Assembly: GCA_965224025.1 (NCBI GenBank)
Contig: OZ245033.1
Coordinates: 3,584,001 to 3,648,000, forward strand
Origin: Candidatus Multivorans sp.
Lineage (GTDB): Bacteria; Acidobacteriota; Thermoanaerobaculia; Multivoradales; Multivoraceae
Direction of reading: 5' to 3'
DNA: 64,000 nucleotides
How positions within the stretch are numbered: position 1 is the stretch's first letter; each line of letters opens with the position of its first letter. Of this stretch, positions 51,760 through 62,154 are shown one piece after another. Under the pieces are notes generated by a model. The model saw only the letters and a program-made list of their open reading frames with translations, made no database searches and was not told where the DNA came from. The position numbers were made by a program, and so were the translations under genes.

Positions 51760-54700
51760 ATGGCCCCGGGCTTCGTCCACCTCCACCTCCACTCCGAGTA
51801 CTCGCTGCTCGACGGGGGCAACCGGATGGGACCCCTCGTCGACCGCGTCGAGGGGCTCGGCATGGACGCGGTCGCGCTCACGGATCACGGCAATCTGTAC
51901 GGCTCGGTCGCCTTCTACGAGGCCTGCCGCAAGAAGAGCGTCAAGCCGATCCTGGGCATCGAGGCCTACGTAGCGCCGGACATCAAGACGGAGACCTCCG
52001 ACCGCCGCTACAAGGAGAGTCAGGGCGTCGCCGACGGTGGATTCCACCTGGTCCTGCTGGCCCGCAACGAGACGGGATGGCGCAACCTGGTGAAACTCTC
52101 GTCGGACAGTTTCCTCGAGGGCTTCTACTACAAGCCGCGGATGGACAAGGAGACGCTCCGGCAGTGGAACGAAGGGCTGATCGCGATCAACGGCCACCTC
52201 GGCTCCTCTCTCGCCTACCACCTGAGACGGCACATCGAGACCGGCGCCGACAGCCACTGGGAGCGCGCCCGCGAGGAAGCCGAGTGGCACCGGCAGACCT
52301 TCCCCAACGACGAGCACGGCGAGCCCTGCTTCTACCTGGAGCTGCAACGGCACGACACGCCCGAGCAGGATCGGGTCAACGAGCAGATCCTGTGCCTTGC
52401 CGAAGAGCTCGACCTGCCTCTGGTGTGCGACAACGACTCCCACTTCCTGACCGCCGAGGACTGGGACAGCCACGACACGTTGATCTGCGTCTCGACCGGC
52501 AAGAACAAGCAGGACGAGGACCGGCTCCACTACCCGAAGGAGCTCTACGTCAAGAGCCCCGAGCAGATGGCCGAGTTGTTCGCCGACGAGGAGACGGCCG
52601 AGGCGTTCCAGAACACCCGCCGGATCGCCGACCGCTGCAACGTCGAACTCGACTTCTCCGCCAACCACGCTCCCCTGGTGCGAGTCGAGCGCACCGATCC
52701 GGAGGCGCTTCCGGCGGACACGGACGAACCGAGACCTGGCAGCACCGCCTGGTTCGATCGTTTCTGCGCCCGTTACCGGGTCGAGCCCCTGGCCGAGCAA
52801 CCCGGCGAGGAGGAACTCGCCGTCCTTCACGCCGACTGCGACCGGGCTCTGCGCGAACTCAGCGAAGCCGGCCTGGTCCGGCGCTACGGCGACCGGATCG
52901 AGGACGCGCACCGCCGCCGTCTCGACCACGAGCTGTCCGTGCTTGCCGGCAAGCGGATCAGCGCCTACTTCCTGATCGTCTGGGACTTCGTCAACGAGGC
53001 CCGCAAACGGAAGATCCCGGCCACCGCGCGTGGTTCGGGCGTCGGCACCATGGTCGGCTACGCCCTCGGCCTTTCGCATGCCTGCCCGGTGCGCTACGGA
53101 CTCCTGTTCGAGCGCTTCACCGACCCCGACCGCAGCGAGTACCCCGACATCGACATCGATCTCTGCCAGGACGGTCGCACCGAGATCCTCGAGTACGTCC
53201 GCGAGAAGTACGGCTACGTCGCGCAGATCATCACGTTCGGCACGATGAAGGCGCGCGCGGCGATCCGGGACGTCGGACGGGTGCACGAACTGCCGCTCGC
53301 CCAGGTCGACCGCATTTGCAAGCTGATCGGCGCCGAACTCGGCGTGACGATCGACCAGGCGCTGCAGCGCGAGAAGGAGCTCAAGGGGCTCTACGACGGC
53401 GACGAGCACGTCCGCGAGGTGATCGACACCGCGCGGGAACTCGAGGGGATCACGCGGCACAGCGGCGTCCACGCCGCCGGGCTCGTCATCGCGACCCAAC
53501 CGCTCGAGAACCTGGTGCCGCTGGCCACCAGCCGCAGCCAGGGGTCGAAGGACGTTCTGGTGACCCAGTGGGACGGCCCCACCGTCGAGAAAATGGGTCT
53601 GCTGAAGATGGACTTCCTCGGGCTGACAACCCTGTCCATCATCGAGCGCTGCCGCCAACTGGTGCGCGAGACCCTGCCGCCGGAGGCGATCGCGGAGGCG
53701 GTTCCCGGTACCGCTGAAGGCCGCGACCCCCTCGATCTCGACCACATTGATCTCGCCGACCCGAACGTGCTCGATGTCTTCGCCCGCGCGGACACGGCGG
53801 GCACCTTCCAGTTCGAGTCGGAGGGCATGCGAAACCTGCTGCTGCAGATGAAGCCCGACCGGCTCGAGGACCTGGTCGCCGCCAACGCCCTCTTCCGCCC
53901 GGGCCCCATGGCGCTCATAGGCACCTACTGCGACCGCAAGCACGGCCGGGAGGCGACGCCGCAAGTCCACGAAATCGTCGACCGCCACACCGCCGAAACC
54001 CACGGCATCATGGTGTTCCAGGAACAGGTGATGCAGATCGTCCACGAGCTGGGCGACGTGCCGCTGCGCGAGGCCTACACGCTGATCAAGGCGATCAGCA
54101 AGAAGAACCGCAAGACGATCAATGCCGCACGGAAACGTTTCCTGTCCGGCGCCCAGGACAAGGGACTGGGCAAGGTCCAGGCCACGAAGTTGTTCAGCCT
54201 CATCGAGGAGTTCGCGGGCTACGGCTTCAACAAGTCCCATTCCGTGGGCTACACCCTGCTCGCCTACCAGACGGCCTATCTGAAGACCTGTTTCCCGGTC
54301 CAGTACATGGCCGCGGTCCTCACCTACACCGCCGACAGCACGGACAAGCTCGTCAAGTACGTCGACGAGTGCGGCCGGGTGAAGCTTCCGGACGGCCGCA
54401 CCGGGATCGAAGTCGGCGCGCCCGACATCGACCGCTCCGGAGTGCGCTTCCACGTAGTCTTCGATCCCGGCGAGCAGCACGGCAACGCCAACGGGCACAT
54501 CCGCTTCGGCCTCTCCGCGGTGAAGGGCGTCGGCGAGAAGGCCGTGCGCGCGATCCTCGAGGCACGAGACGAAGGCGGCCCCTTCCGCAGTCTGTGGAAC
54601 TTCTGCCGGCGGGTGCCGCTGCAGATCGTCAACCGCACCGCGATCGACGCCCTGATCAAGTCGGGCGCTTTCGACGGAGTCCATGGCAAGGACGAGCGCG

Positions 54701-55572
54701 CGGCCATGCTCCAGGCTCTGGAACCGGCGATCAAGGCCGGCCAGCGGGCCGCGGCGGACCGCGAGAGCGGCCAGTCGAGCCTGTTGTTCGGCAGCACGGC
54801 CGACGCCGGCGAGGACGACGAGCCCGAACAGGACCTGCCGTCGGCGCCGCCCTGGAGCGCGAGCGAACTCCTGGCCCACGAGAAGGAGGCGCTCGGCTTC
54901 TTCGCCACCAGCCATCCCCTCGACGATCACCGGGAGCTCCTCCAGCGCTTCGGCAACGTGAATGTCGAGCAGTTGAAGGCGCTGCCGGCTGACACCGACG
55001 TCGTCCTCGGCGCGCTGCTCGGAGGGCTCCGCACCACGCGCACACGCAAGGGGCGCAATCCCGGCCAGAAGATGGCGGTGGTTCAACTCGAGGACCGCAG
55101 CGACCGGATCGAAGGTGTCCTCTTCGCGGACGCCTATGCCCAGTACGAAGCGGCGTTGGAGCGCGGCGCCGTGCTGTTCTTCACCGGACGGGTCGACCGG
55201 CGACGCGAGGATCCGAACCTGGTCGTCAGCAAGGTGATCGGCATTGCCGAGGCCGAGGCGAAGCTCGCCCGGCGCCTCCGCATCCACCTCGACGGCACGA
55301 GTACCGCCGGCGCCGGCGACAACTTCATCGGCGACGACCTGGAGCGCCTCCGCGACCTGCTCGACCAGCACCGTCATCGTGGCTCGAACGGCAGGCCGAA
55401 CGACGGCGTCGAGGTGGAATTCAGGATCGAACTCGACGACATGACCGTCACCGCGGGCGCTAACGGCAGCCGTGCGCCGGTGGATCAGGCGGTCAAGAAC
55501 GAGATCGACGAACTGCTCGGCAGCCGAGGCCACTGCGAGTACGTCGGCCCGCCGCCGCCCGGTCCGCGGTGA
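51760..55572 (+). CDS. dnaE: DNA polymerase III alpha subunit
   Basis: FVHLHLHSEYSLLDG, TDHGN, RGSG, PDIDID, KMDFLGL, YGFNKSH, C-terminal OB fold; TAGACT at 51741-51746. Confidence 0.97.
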   Translation: MAPGFVHLHLHSEYSLLDGGNRMGPLVDRVEGLGMDAVALTDHGNLYGSVAFYEACRKKSVKPILGIEAYVAPDIKTETSDRRYKESQGVADGGFHLVLLARNETGWRNLVKLSSDSFLEGFYYKPRMDKETLRQWNEGLIAINGHLGSSLAYHLRRHIETGADSHWERAREEAEWHRQTFPNDEHGEPCFYLELQRHDTPEQDRVNEQILCLAEELDLPLVCDNDSHFLTAEDWDSHDTLICVSTGKNKQDEDRLHYPKELYVKSPEQMAELFADEETAEAFQNTRRIADRCNVELDFSANHAPLVRVERTDPEALPADTDEPRPGSTAWFDRFCARYRVEPLAEQPGEEELAVLHADCDRALRELSEAGLVRRYGDRIEDAHRRRLDHELSVLAGKRISAYFLIVWDFVNEARKRKIPATARGSGVGTMVGYALGLSHACPVRYGLLFERFTDPDRSEYPDIDIDLCQDGRTEILEYVREKYGYVAQIITFGTMKARAAIRDVGRVHELPLAQVDRICKLIGAELGVTIDQALQREKELKGLYDGDEHVREVIDTARELEGITRHSGVHAAGLVIATQPLENLVPLATSRSQGSKDVLVTQWDGPTVEKMGLLKMDFLGLTTLSIIERCRQLVRETLPPEAIAEAVPGTAEGRDPLDLDHIDLADPNVLDVFARADTAGTFQFESEGMRNLLLQMKPDRLEDLVAANALFRPGPMALIGTYCDRKHGREATPQVHEIVDRHTAETHGIMVFQEQVMQIVHELGDVPLREAYTLIKAISKKNRKTINAARKRFLSGAQDKGLGKVQATKLFSLIEEFAGYGFNKSHSVGYTLLAYQTAYLKTCFPVQYMAAVLTYTADSTDKLVKYVDECGRVKLPDGRTGIEVGAPDIDRSGVRFHVVFDPGEQHGNANGHIRFGLSAVKGVGEKAVRAILEARDEGGPFRSLWNFCRRVPLQIVNRTAIDALIKSGAFDGVHGKDERAAMLQALEPAIKAGQRAAADRESGQSSLLFGSTADAGEDDEPEQDLPSAPPWSASELLAHEKEALGFFATSHPLDDHRELLQRFGNVNVEQLKALPADTDVVLGALLGGLRTTRTRKGRNPGQKMAVVQLEDRSDRIEGVLFADAYAQYEAALERGAVLFFTGRVDRRREDPNLVVSKVIGIAEAEAKLARRLRIHLDGTSTAGAGDNFIGDDLERLRDLLDQHRHRGSNGRPNDGVEVEFRIELDDMTVTAGANGSRAPVDQAVKNEIDELLGSRGHCEYVGPPPPGPR

Positions 55573-56990
55573 GTTTCCGGCCCTGGGTTTCGCGGCGCCG
55601 GGTCGCCCTTCTGATCGCCCTGACGGCGGTCGGAATCTGGGGTCACTGCCGCGGCGGCTCCTACCGGAACTTCTTCCAGCACGATCCGCGTCAGGCGCAT
55701 GACTACGCCCTCGAGCGGCGGGACGGCCAGATCTTCGAGGTTCGCCTTACCCGCAAGGGCTTCGATTGGCCACGGGAGGCCCCGGCCACCGGGGTCACCG
55801 CGTTCCTTGAACTCGACGTCAAGACCCGTCCGCTGCTGCCGTCGCTCGGCCCCTACATCGAGTTCCGATCCGGCGACCGCAGCGTCACCCAGTCCTTCGC
55901 CCCTCGCTCGACCGGTCGCCGTTATCTGAACGTCTCTCCCGCGGCAGGGCGCGGCACGATCGAGATGGTCGGCCGGCAGATCGGCTGGCGCACGGGATCG
56001 GCGCGACTGGTCGTGTTCGCGAACCAACCGATCGATGCCTCGACCCGGGTGCTGGTGGTCGCTCCCCACCCCGACGACGCCGAGATCGGTGCCTTCGGCC
56101 TCTACGCAACCACCCTCGCCGACGTGGTCACGGTGACCGCGGGCGACTACGGCGGCAAGAACTACGGCGGGCTGTTTCCCGACACCGGCGAGCACTACCG
56201 GATCAAGGGCCGGATACGCACGTGGGATAGCCTGACCGTGCCCTTCCTTGGCCACGTGCCCTTCAGCCGCATTCGCAACCTCGGGTACTTCGACGGCACG
56301 CTGGGCACCCTCTACCAGCGTCGGCCGATGGTCGTGCCGCCGATCCTGACCGACCTCGAGCACCCCGGCTACTTCCGCCGCCTCAACTCCGAGCCGCAGT
56401 TGGCCACCCGGCCATTCGAGTCGAGCTGGCCCGAACTCGTGCGCGACCTGCGCCGTGAGGTGGACTGGACGGGCGCCGAGCTGATTGCCGCGCCCAATCC
56501 CCTGCTGGACAACCACGCCGACCACCAATACACGACAGTTGCCCTGATCGAGGCTCTTGAGGAGAACGGCTGGGACGGCCTCCTGCTGCTCTACACAAAC
56601 CACCCGACCAACGCCGAGCCCTACCCGCTCGGGCCCAATACAGCGCTCGAGTCGCTGCCCCCATGGTTCGGCGACGAAATGCCCTTCACTTCCGTGCTGT
56701 CCTACCCGGTCGACGAGACGACGCGTCGCCTGAACTACCTGGCACTCGAGGCGATGCACGATCTGCGCCCGTTCGAGCACCGCGTTGCAACTCCGTTCCT
56801 GGAGCGCGCGAGGGACCTCGCAGAAGAGGCCGTCTGGCGCGCCCTCGGTCGCCACGACAAGCTGCCCGCCTACCTCTACGACTACCTGCGGCGCGGGCCG
56901 CGGCCCAACAAGATCTACCTGGTGCTCGATCTCGAGCAAGCGGTGCGCCTCAAGGAGCGGTTCCTGGAGATCGAAGCGGTCCGGCGCTAG
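55569..56990 (+). CDS. PIG-L family deacetylase with N-terminal membrane anchor
   Basis: VAPHPDDAEIG, HADH; GTGA overlap with dnaE. Confidence 0.85.
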   Translation: MSFRPWVSRRRVALLIALTAVGIWGHCRGGSYRNFFQHDPRQAHDYALERRDGQIFEVRLTRKGFDWPREAPATGVTAFLELDVKTRPLLPSLGPYIEFRSGDRSVTQSFAPRSTGRRYLNVSPAAGRGTIEMVGRQIGWRTGSARLVVFANQPIDASTRVLVVAPHPDDAEIGAFGLYATTLADVVTVTAGDYGGKNYGGLFPDTGEHYRIKGRIRTWDSLTVPFLGHVPFSRIRNLGYFDGTLGTLYQRRPMVVPPILTDLEHPGYFRRLNSEPQLATRPFESSWPELVRDLRREVDWTGAELIAAPNPLLDNHADHQYTTVALIEALEENGWDGLLLLYTNHPTNAEPYPLGPNTALESLPPWFGDEMPFTSVLSYPVDETTRRLNYLALEAMHDLRPFEHRVATPFLERARDLAEEAVWRALGRHDKLPAYLYDYLRRGPRPNKIYLVLDLEQAVRLKERFLEIEAVRR

Positions 56991-59715
56991 CGCCGCAGGA
57001 AGGCGAGCAAATCGGCCATGTCAGCCGGCTCGAGGCCCGCCTCCAGCTCTTCGGGCATCATGGACAGGCCGTCGCTGCGCACTTCCCGAATCCGTTCGGC
57101 GGGGACTTCGATCAGCACGTCTTCGGCCGCGCGCAGGACCACGCCGCCGCCTGAACCCTCCGCCAGGAGTCCGGAGAAGGCCTCGCCCTCGACGGTCTCG
57201 ACGATGTAGTTCACATAGCCGGTATCGACCGCGGCATTCGGATCCAGGATGTCGTGCAGCAGTGTCTCCGCGCTCTTGCGGCCGATGCCCGAGAGGTCCG
57301 GACCCGGCCCGCCTCCAGTCTCGCCGCTGCGGTGGCAACGGGCGCAGAGGTCGAGGAACAGGGTCTCACCTCGCTCCGGGTCCCCTTCGAGGTCGAGCGC
57401 CGGCCGCATCGCCGCGACGGCCTCGGGGCGGGAAACCACGCCGGCGTCATCGAACAGCGCCGCCGCCCGCCGCCGAACGTCCGCCTCGGGCGAACGCAGC
57501 AGGAAACGGCGCCGCTCGAGGATGAAGTTCATCTCGCCGAGCCGGATGCGGCCGCTCTCGATCGCGTCGAGGAGCGCGCCGTGCCGCCCTCTGCCCCGAA
57601 TCAGGTAGGCGCCGGCAGCCCGTCTGGCGGCCGGTCCCAGGTAGGGCCAGCGATCGACCAGGTAGCGGGTGACCGCGGCTTCCTCGCCACGGTCAGTTCC
57701 GCCATGGCTGCCCGCTGCACGGCCTCCGGAAGACCGGCATCGAGCAGCGCACCCATGCGTTCCAGCCAGGTCCCGCCGGGGAGCGCCGCCACCCGTTCGA
57801 TCACGTCGGCGGCACCAGGGTCGGCCGACCCTCCGGACTCGAGCAGCAATCTCAGTCCAGACGCCGGGTCGTCGGCCAGGACAGAGACGGCGGCCAGGCG
57901 CAGCCAGGGGCCGTCGCGCTCGACGTCCGTTCTCTCAGGCGGCGCCGCCGCTGACGAAGCGGGCGTCTCGCCCGCGTGGCGCGCCACCCCCGCCACGATC
58001 GCGGCCGCCACGGCACGGCCGAACTCCGGCCCCGGAGAGGCATCCGACCCGAGCAGCATGCCGGCGGTCAGGATCGCTTGCAGCCGAACGCCGGGATCCC
58101 GGTCCCCGATCATGGTCACCACGGCGTCCGCGAGTTCCGACGTATCGGCCGTCGGGCCACCGCCGCGAAGCGACTCCTCGAACGCCAGCACGGCGTTCCG
58201 GCGCAGCTCCGGATGACTGTCACGGAGTAGAACCCCCGGCGACTCGCGGTCGATCGCCCCGACGCCAGCCAGAGTCCACAATGCATGGAGTCGGCCCAGG
58301 ACATTGCCCGATTCCACGATGCGCTTTCGCAGGGCCTGCACCAGCGCAGCCGGAGGCGCCGCGGCGTGCTCTTCGACGAGGAGGCGCTGCGCCGTCAGAC
58401 GGCGCCACCTGTTCGCGTGACCAAGCGCTTCGACCAGATCGTCGGACCGCGCTCGGTCGAAGCCACCGAAGTCCGCCGCCCAGGCCGGCAGCCCGCCCGC
58501 CGGCACGACCCGGTAGATCCGTCCGCGATCGTCCCCCTGGTAGAGGTTGAGCGTGTTCTCGATCCGATCAGGAATCCACTCCGGGTGCTCGATCACGCCG
58601 CGGTGCATGTCCAGCACGTAGAGGGCGCCGTCCGGACCCACGCGCAGGTTAACCGGCCGGAACAGCGGATCGGTCGAAGCCAGGAACTCGACCCCGGGCC
58701 GCCCCCGGCTCGCCTCCGCTGCCGCGCCGCCCGCGTCCACCACCGCGCGGTGGACCACGTTCGCCTAAGGATCGGCAACGAAGACGGCAAGGTCCCGATC
58801 CGTCAGCCCGGCGCCTTCGAAGGCGCCGCCCCCGTACGCCGTCACCGCGCAGGCGGCCGAGAACCGGCTCGACTGTTCCGGGTGGTTGGGTCGGGTCTGC
58901 CTCACGCCGATGGGAAACAGCTCGGCGGGACCGCCGTCCGCGTGCGCGGCCAGACGCAGGCGCGCTTTCTGCCACGAGGCCGGGAGGCGAGCGAGGTACC
59001 GGCGCGGAATCACGAGCTGACTCAGGTGATCCAGGTTGTGGGTGCCGAAGGAACGGCCCCAGACGCCGAACGTCATGCCGAACCCGCCCGCACCGCGGCC
59101 CATCCGCTCGAAGCGGCCCGAACCGAAGTCCACCCGGAAGTCGTCCTGGCCGAGTTCGATGGCGTCGTCCGGCGCATCCGGCCAGAACGGGCGGCCGCCG
59201 TTGCCTCCGTTCACGCCGTAGACCCGGTTGTCCAGGCCGTAGCGGAGCGCGTTCACATTGTGCTGGGGATTGCCCTCGGCAAAGCCGCTCAGCAGCACCT
59301 CACGGCGCTCCGCCCTGCCGTCGCCGTCCGTGTCTTCGAGATAGACGATGTCAGGCGGCGCCGCCACCAGAAGGCCTCGACGCCACGGCAGGATCGAGTC
59401 CGCCATGCCAAGGTCGGCGGCGAACAGACGGCGGCGATCCCAGCGCCCGTCGCCGTCAGTGTCCGAGAGCGCGACGATGCGCGCCGGCCGCTCCATGTCC
59501 GGATAGCCCGGCAGCTCGAGCACGAACGCGCGGCCGCGTTCGTCAAAGGCGAGGTCGATGGGGTCGAGGACGACCGGCTCGGCCGCGGCGAGTTCGAGTT
59601 CGAAAGCCGGGTGAAGTTCAAAGCCCGCCGGCACCCCGTCAGGGGCCGGGGGAGCGCAGGCGACGAGACCTGTCGCCGCGGCCGCCGCCGCAAGGCTGGC
59701 GACGCGCCGACTCAG
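56987..59715 (-). pseudogene. PVC-type membrane-bound dehydrogenase with C-terminal heme c (CxxCH); in-frame TAG at 58765-58767 and frameshift near 57690
   Basis: Lipobox LVAC, AAEP...P....FD..GR, D.DGDG, F.PV....GPDGALY..D, HEAT-like repeats, CARCH, GPDL, S.MP. The three pieces join by TAG readthrough and a 1-nt insertion. Start uncertain. Confidence 0.8.
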
Positions 59716-59720
59716 AGTTC

Positions 59721-60878
59721 CTACTCGCCGCCAGTCGCCGCGGCCGCCGCGTCGGCTTCCAGCAGCCGGGCCCCGCGCATGATGTTCCCCATCGCGTAGT
59801 TCCCCTCGTGGCAGGCGTACTCGTAGACCCTGCCGCCCGCCGTCGGCCACGGGAACTCACCGCTCCAGGCCGACTCCCAGGTGTTGGGGTCCTCGACCGT
59901 GAAGCTGTAGTTCAACGTGTTCTCGTCGATCCGGCTGAAACGCTCCGTGACCTTGAGGCTCTCGCCCGCGCCATAGGCGTACATGCCCGGCTTCTTGCCG
60001 AAGTTCTTCGTCTCGACAACCAGGGTGTCGCCGTCCCAATGCCCGATCGAGTCGCCCATGTAGCTCGTCATCCCTTCCGGCAGGTGCCTGCCGCCGATTC
60101 GGATGATCCGGGCGTCGTGGATCATCTCGGCGAGGATCATCACGTAGTCCTCGATCTGGACCACCCGCTTCAGATTGTTGTAGGCGGTCGGCAGCATCGG
60201 CGGACCCGAGGTCGAGCCGAAGCCGAGAACGCAACGCTCACCGAGCGGCCGCTGCTCCATGTCGTCGTACGGACCCGGGCCTTCGTTCTCGAGCCACCAT
60301 GCCGTGCCCGTGTTCTCGCGAAACAGGGAGAAGAACGCCATCCGCGCCTGCTGGGCGGCAGGCTTCATCTTCGGCAGCCGGCCGTTCGGGGGATCGAACA
60401 CCAGGGAGGTGCGGAACTTGCCGTCCAAGGCAATCGAACCGCTGCCGTAGTCCAGCCAGAAGTCGTTGTAGCCGCCGACGTTACCCGCGGCGCCGGGAGA
60501 ACCGTCGCCGCCCGGCGGCGGCGCTTCGCGGGTCGGATCGCTTGCTACGAGCGCATCCGCCCGGCGGGTGGCGACCGCGTTTGCGATCTCCTCCGCTTCC
60601 TCCGGACTCAGGTACAGATTGTCGCTGAACTTCTCATCGCGTTCGAGCGGCGTCAGCGTGGCGATGTCGTAAGTGCCGGTGAGGTCGGGGCGACCGCTCG
60701 CGGTGCGGGGAACATCGCCGTCATCGGCGGCCGCCAGCGGGGCGGCGGCAAGCAGGGCCGCGGCGCAGAATGCCGCGCCGAGCGCTGTGAAACGCGTCCT
60801 GATCCCTTCGACGAAGCGGCCTTCGCTGCCGGCGGCGGCGACCTTGTCGGCCCGATCGATCTGGTTCAAACCCTTCAT
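59721..60878 (-). CDS. secreted conserved hypothetical protein
   Basis: [39 protein letters not shown]; SD AAGGAG. Confidence 0.8.
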   Translation of the reverse strand: MKGLNQIDRADKVAAAGSEGRFVEGIRTRFTALGAAFCAAALLAAAPLAAADDGDVPRTASGRPDLTGTYDIATLTPLERDEKFSDNLYLSPEEAEEIANAVATRRADALVASDPTREAPPPGGDGSPGAAGNVGGYNDFWLDYGSGSIALDGKFRTSLVFDPPNGRLPKMKPAAQQARMAFFSLFRENTGTAWWLENEGPGPYDDMEQRPLGERCVLGFGSTSGPPMLPTAYNNLKRVVQIEDYVMILAEMIHDARIIRIGGRHLPEGMTSYMGDSIGHWDGDTLVVETKNFGKKPGMYAYGAGESLKVTERFSRIDENTLNYSFTVEDPNTWESAWSGEFPWPTAGGRVYEYACHEGNYAMGNIMRGARLLEADAAAAATGGE

Positions 60879-61094
60879 CCGAGTCTCCTTTCCTCGCCGT
60901 TGCCGGCAACCGGTTCGATGGCCTCGTTCTGGGGACCCTCCAGCGCTTCGCCGAGTGGCCACCGCCTGATCGCGCAGTGTACAGCAGCCCCCGGCCAGGG
61001 TTGCTACACTCGCGGGTGTTTCCGCCCCCTGGCGCCGAACTCCGGTCCCGAAACGAACGAGAAAAGCACGCAATCCGAGAACCGGGAGACTTCC

Positions 61095-61619
61095 ATGATC
61101 CGCTGCACACCCCCGGCGCTCCTCCTTGCCGCCGCCGCGTTCGCCTCAACCTCCGCCAGCGGCGCTTCCCTCGCCGTCGGCGACGCGGCGCCGGACTTCA
61201 CGCTGCCCAGCACGGACGGCGCCGAGGTGACCCTGTCGTCGTTCGCGGGGCAGAAGAACGTCGTTCTGGCCTTCTTCCCCAAAGCCTTCACCAGCGGGTG
61301 AACGATGGAAATGAAGGGATACCAGGCTGGTATCTCCGACTTTGTGGACAGTGATTCCATCGTCTTCGGCATCAGCGCCGACAAACTGGACGACAACAAG
61401 AAGTTCGCAGCCGACCTGGAACTCGACTTCGCGCTCCTCAGCGATGTCGACGCCGCGGTAATCAACCAGTACGGCGGGACGATGGAGCAGTACGCCGGCC
61501 TCGCCAAGCGCGTGACCTACGTGGTCGGCAAGGACGGCAAGATCGCCTACATCGGCGAAGGTAGCGAGGCAATGGACCCGACCGGCGCGAAGAGTGCCTG
61601 TCAGGGACTGGGCGACTAG
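61095..61619 (+). CDS. exported peroxiredoxin (AhpC/TSA, BCP/AhpE-like) selenoprotein, Sec at codon 69 (TGA 61299-61301)
   Basis: SD GGGAG, signal peptide, [18 protein letters not shown][TGA]TME..GISAD..LLSD..R.TYVV..DG.I in one frame; TGA sits at the PxxxTxxC peroxidatic Cys position. Confidence 0.88.
61316..61336 (+). promoter_or_regulatory. bacterial SECIS-like hairpin
   Basis: GGGATACCA-ggc-TGGTATCTC stem starting 15 nt after the UGA, with G in the apical loop. Confidence 0.75.
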
Positions 61620-61634
61620 CGTCGGCGACCTGTC

Positions 61635-62090
61635 TCAGCCTTGGGTGGCCGCCGAGGCGGCTTCCGGCCTCGGCTGATACAACTCCACCCGATTCCCCTC
61701 CGCGTCCCTGATCCACGCGAACAGGGCATAGCCCTCGTCGTCCCGGCGCAGCGGCTCGACGCCGCGTTCTGCTAGGTGCGCCAGCACCATGCCCAGATCG
61801 CGCACCCGCAGGTTGACCATGAACGGCTGGTCGCCGTACATGTCCTCCTGGCCCGTGCCGTCGTTCGTGGCCATCCGCGGTACCGGCCGCTTGGCCTTCA
61901 TGATCGCGAAGGTCGTGTCCATGACCCAGTTCTCGTCATCCGGATCCGCGGCCACGTAGCGCACGTAGAAGGCACCGAACTCCTCGCCGCCCTCGAACTC
62001 GATGCCCAAGTGCTCCGTGTACCAGTCGGCCAGCAGCTTCGGAGCCTCGCTGAAGATGAAGGCGCCGCCAACGCCGTCGATCAGGCTCAC
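61635..62090 (-). CDS. VOC/glyoxalase family protein
   Basis: GVGG.F....P..L..WY...LG, FMVNLRV.DL, FAWI.D.EGNRVELYQP. Confidence 0.88.
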   Translation of the reverse strand: MSLIDGVGGAFIFSEAPKLLADWYTEHLGIEFEGGEEFGAFYVRYVAADPDDENWVMDTTFAIMKAKRPVPRMATNDGTGQEDMYGDQPFMVNLRVRDLGMVLAHLAERGVEPLRRDDEGYALFAWIRDAEGNRVELYQPRPEAASAATQG

Positions 62091-62154
62091 GAGGCGGCCG
62101 CGGGCAGCACCACGCCTCCCACTCTCCCCTGCGTCGCCCGGCTACGCCGCACGC

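Noticed and set aside
52680-52860. Intein in dnaE
   Set aside because: The insertion is only ~50 aa and lacks intein N-terminal and His-Asn C-terminal splice motifs.
51700-55533. Long antisense or alternative-frame ORFs (1277 aa here; also 478-2232, 38839-40704, 46079-48328 and others)
   Set aside because: Shadow ORFs expected at high GC; they overlap well-supported genes and show no recognisable motifs.
58765-58767. TAG as pyrrolysine or programmed readthrough
   Set aside because: No pyl genes in the window, not a methylamine methyltransferase, and the same gene also has a frameshift.
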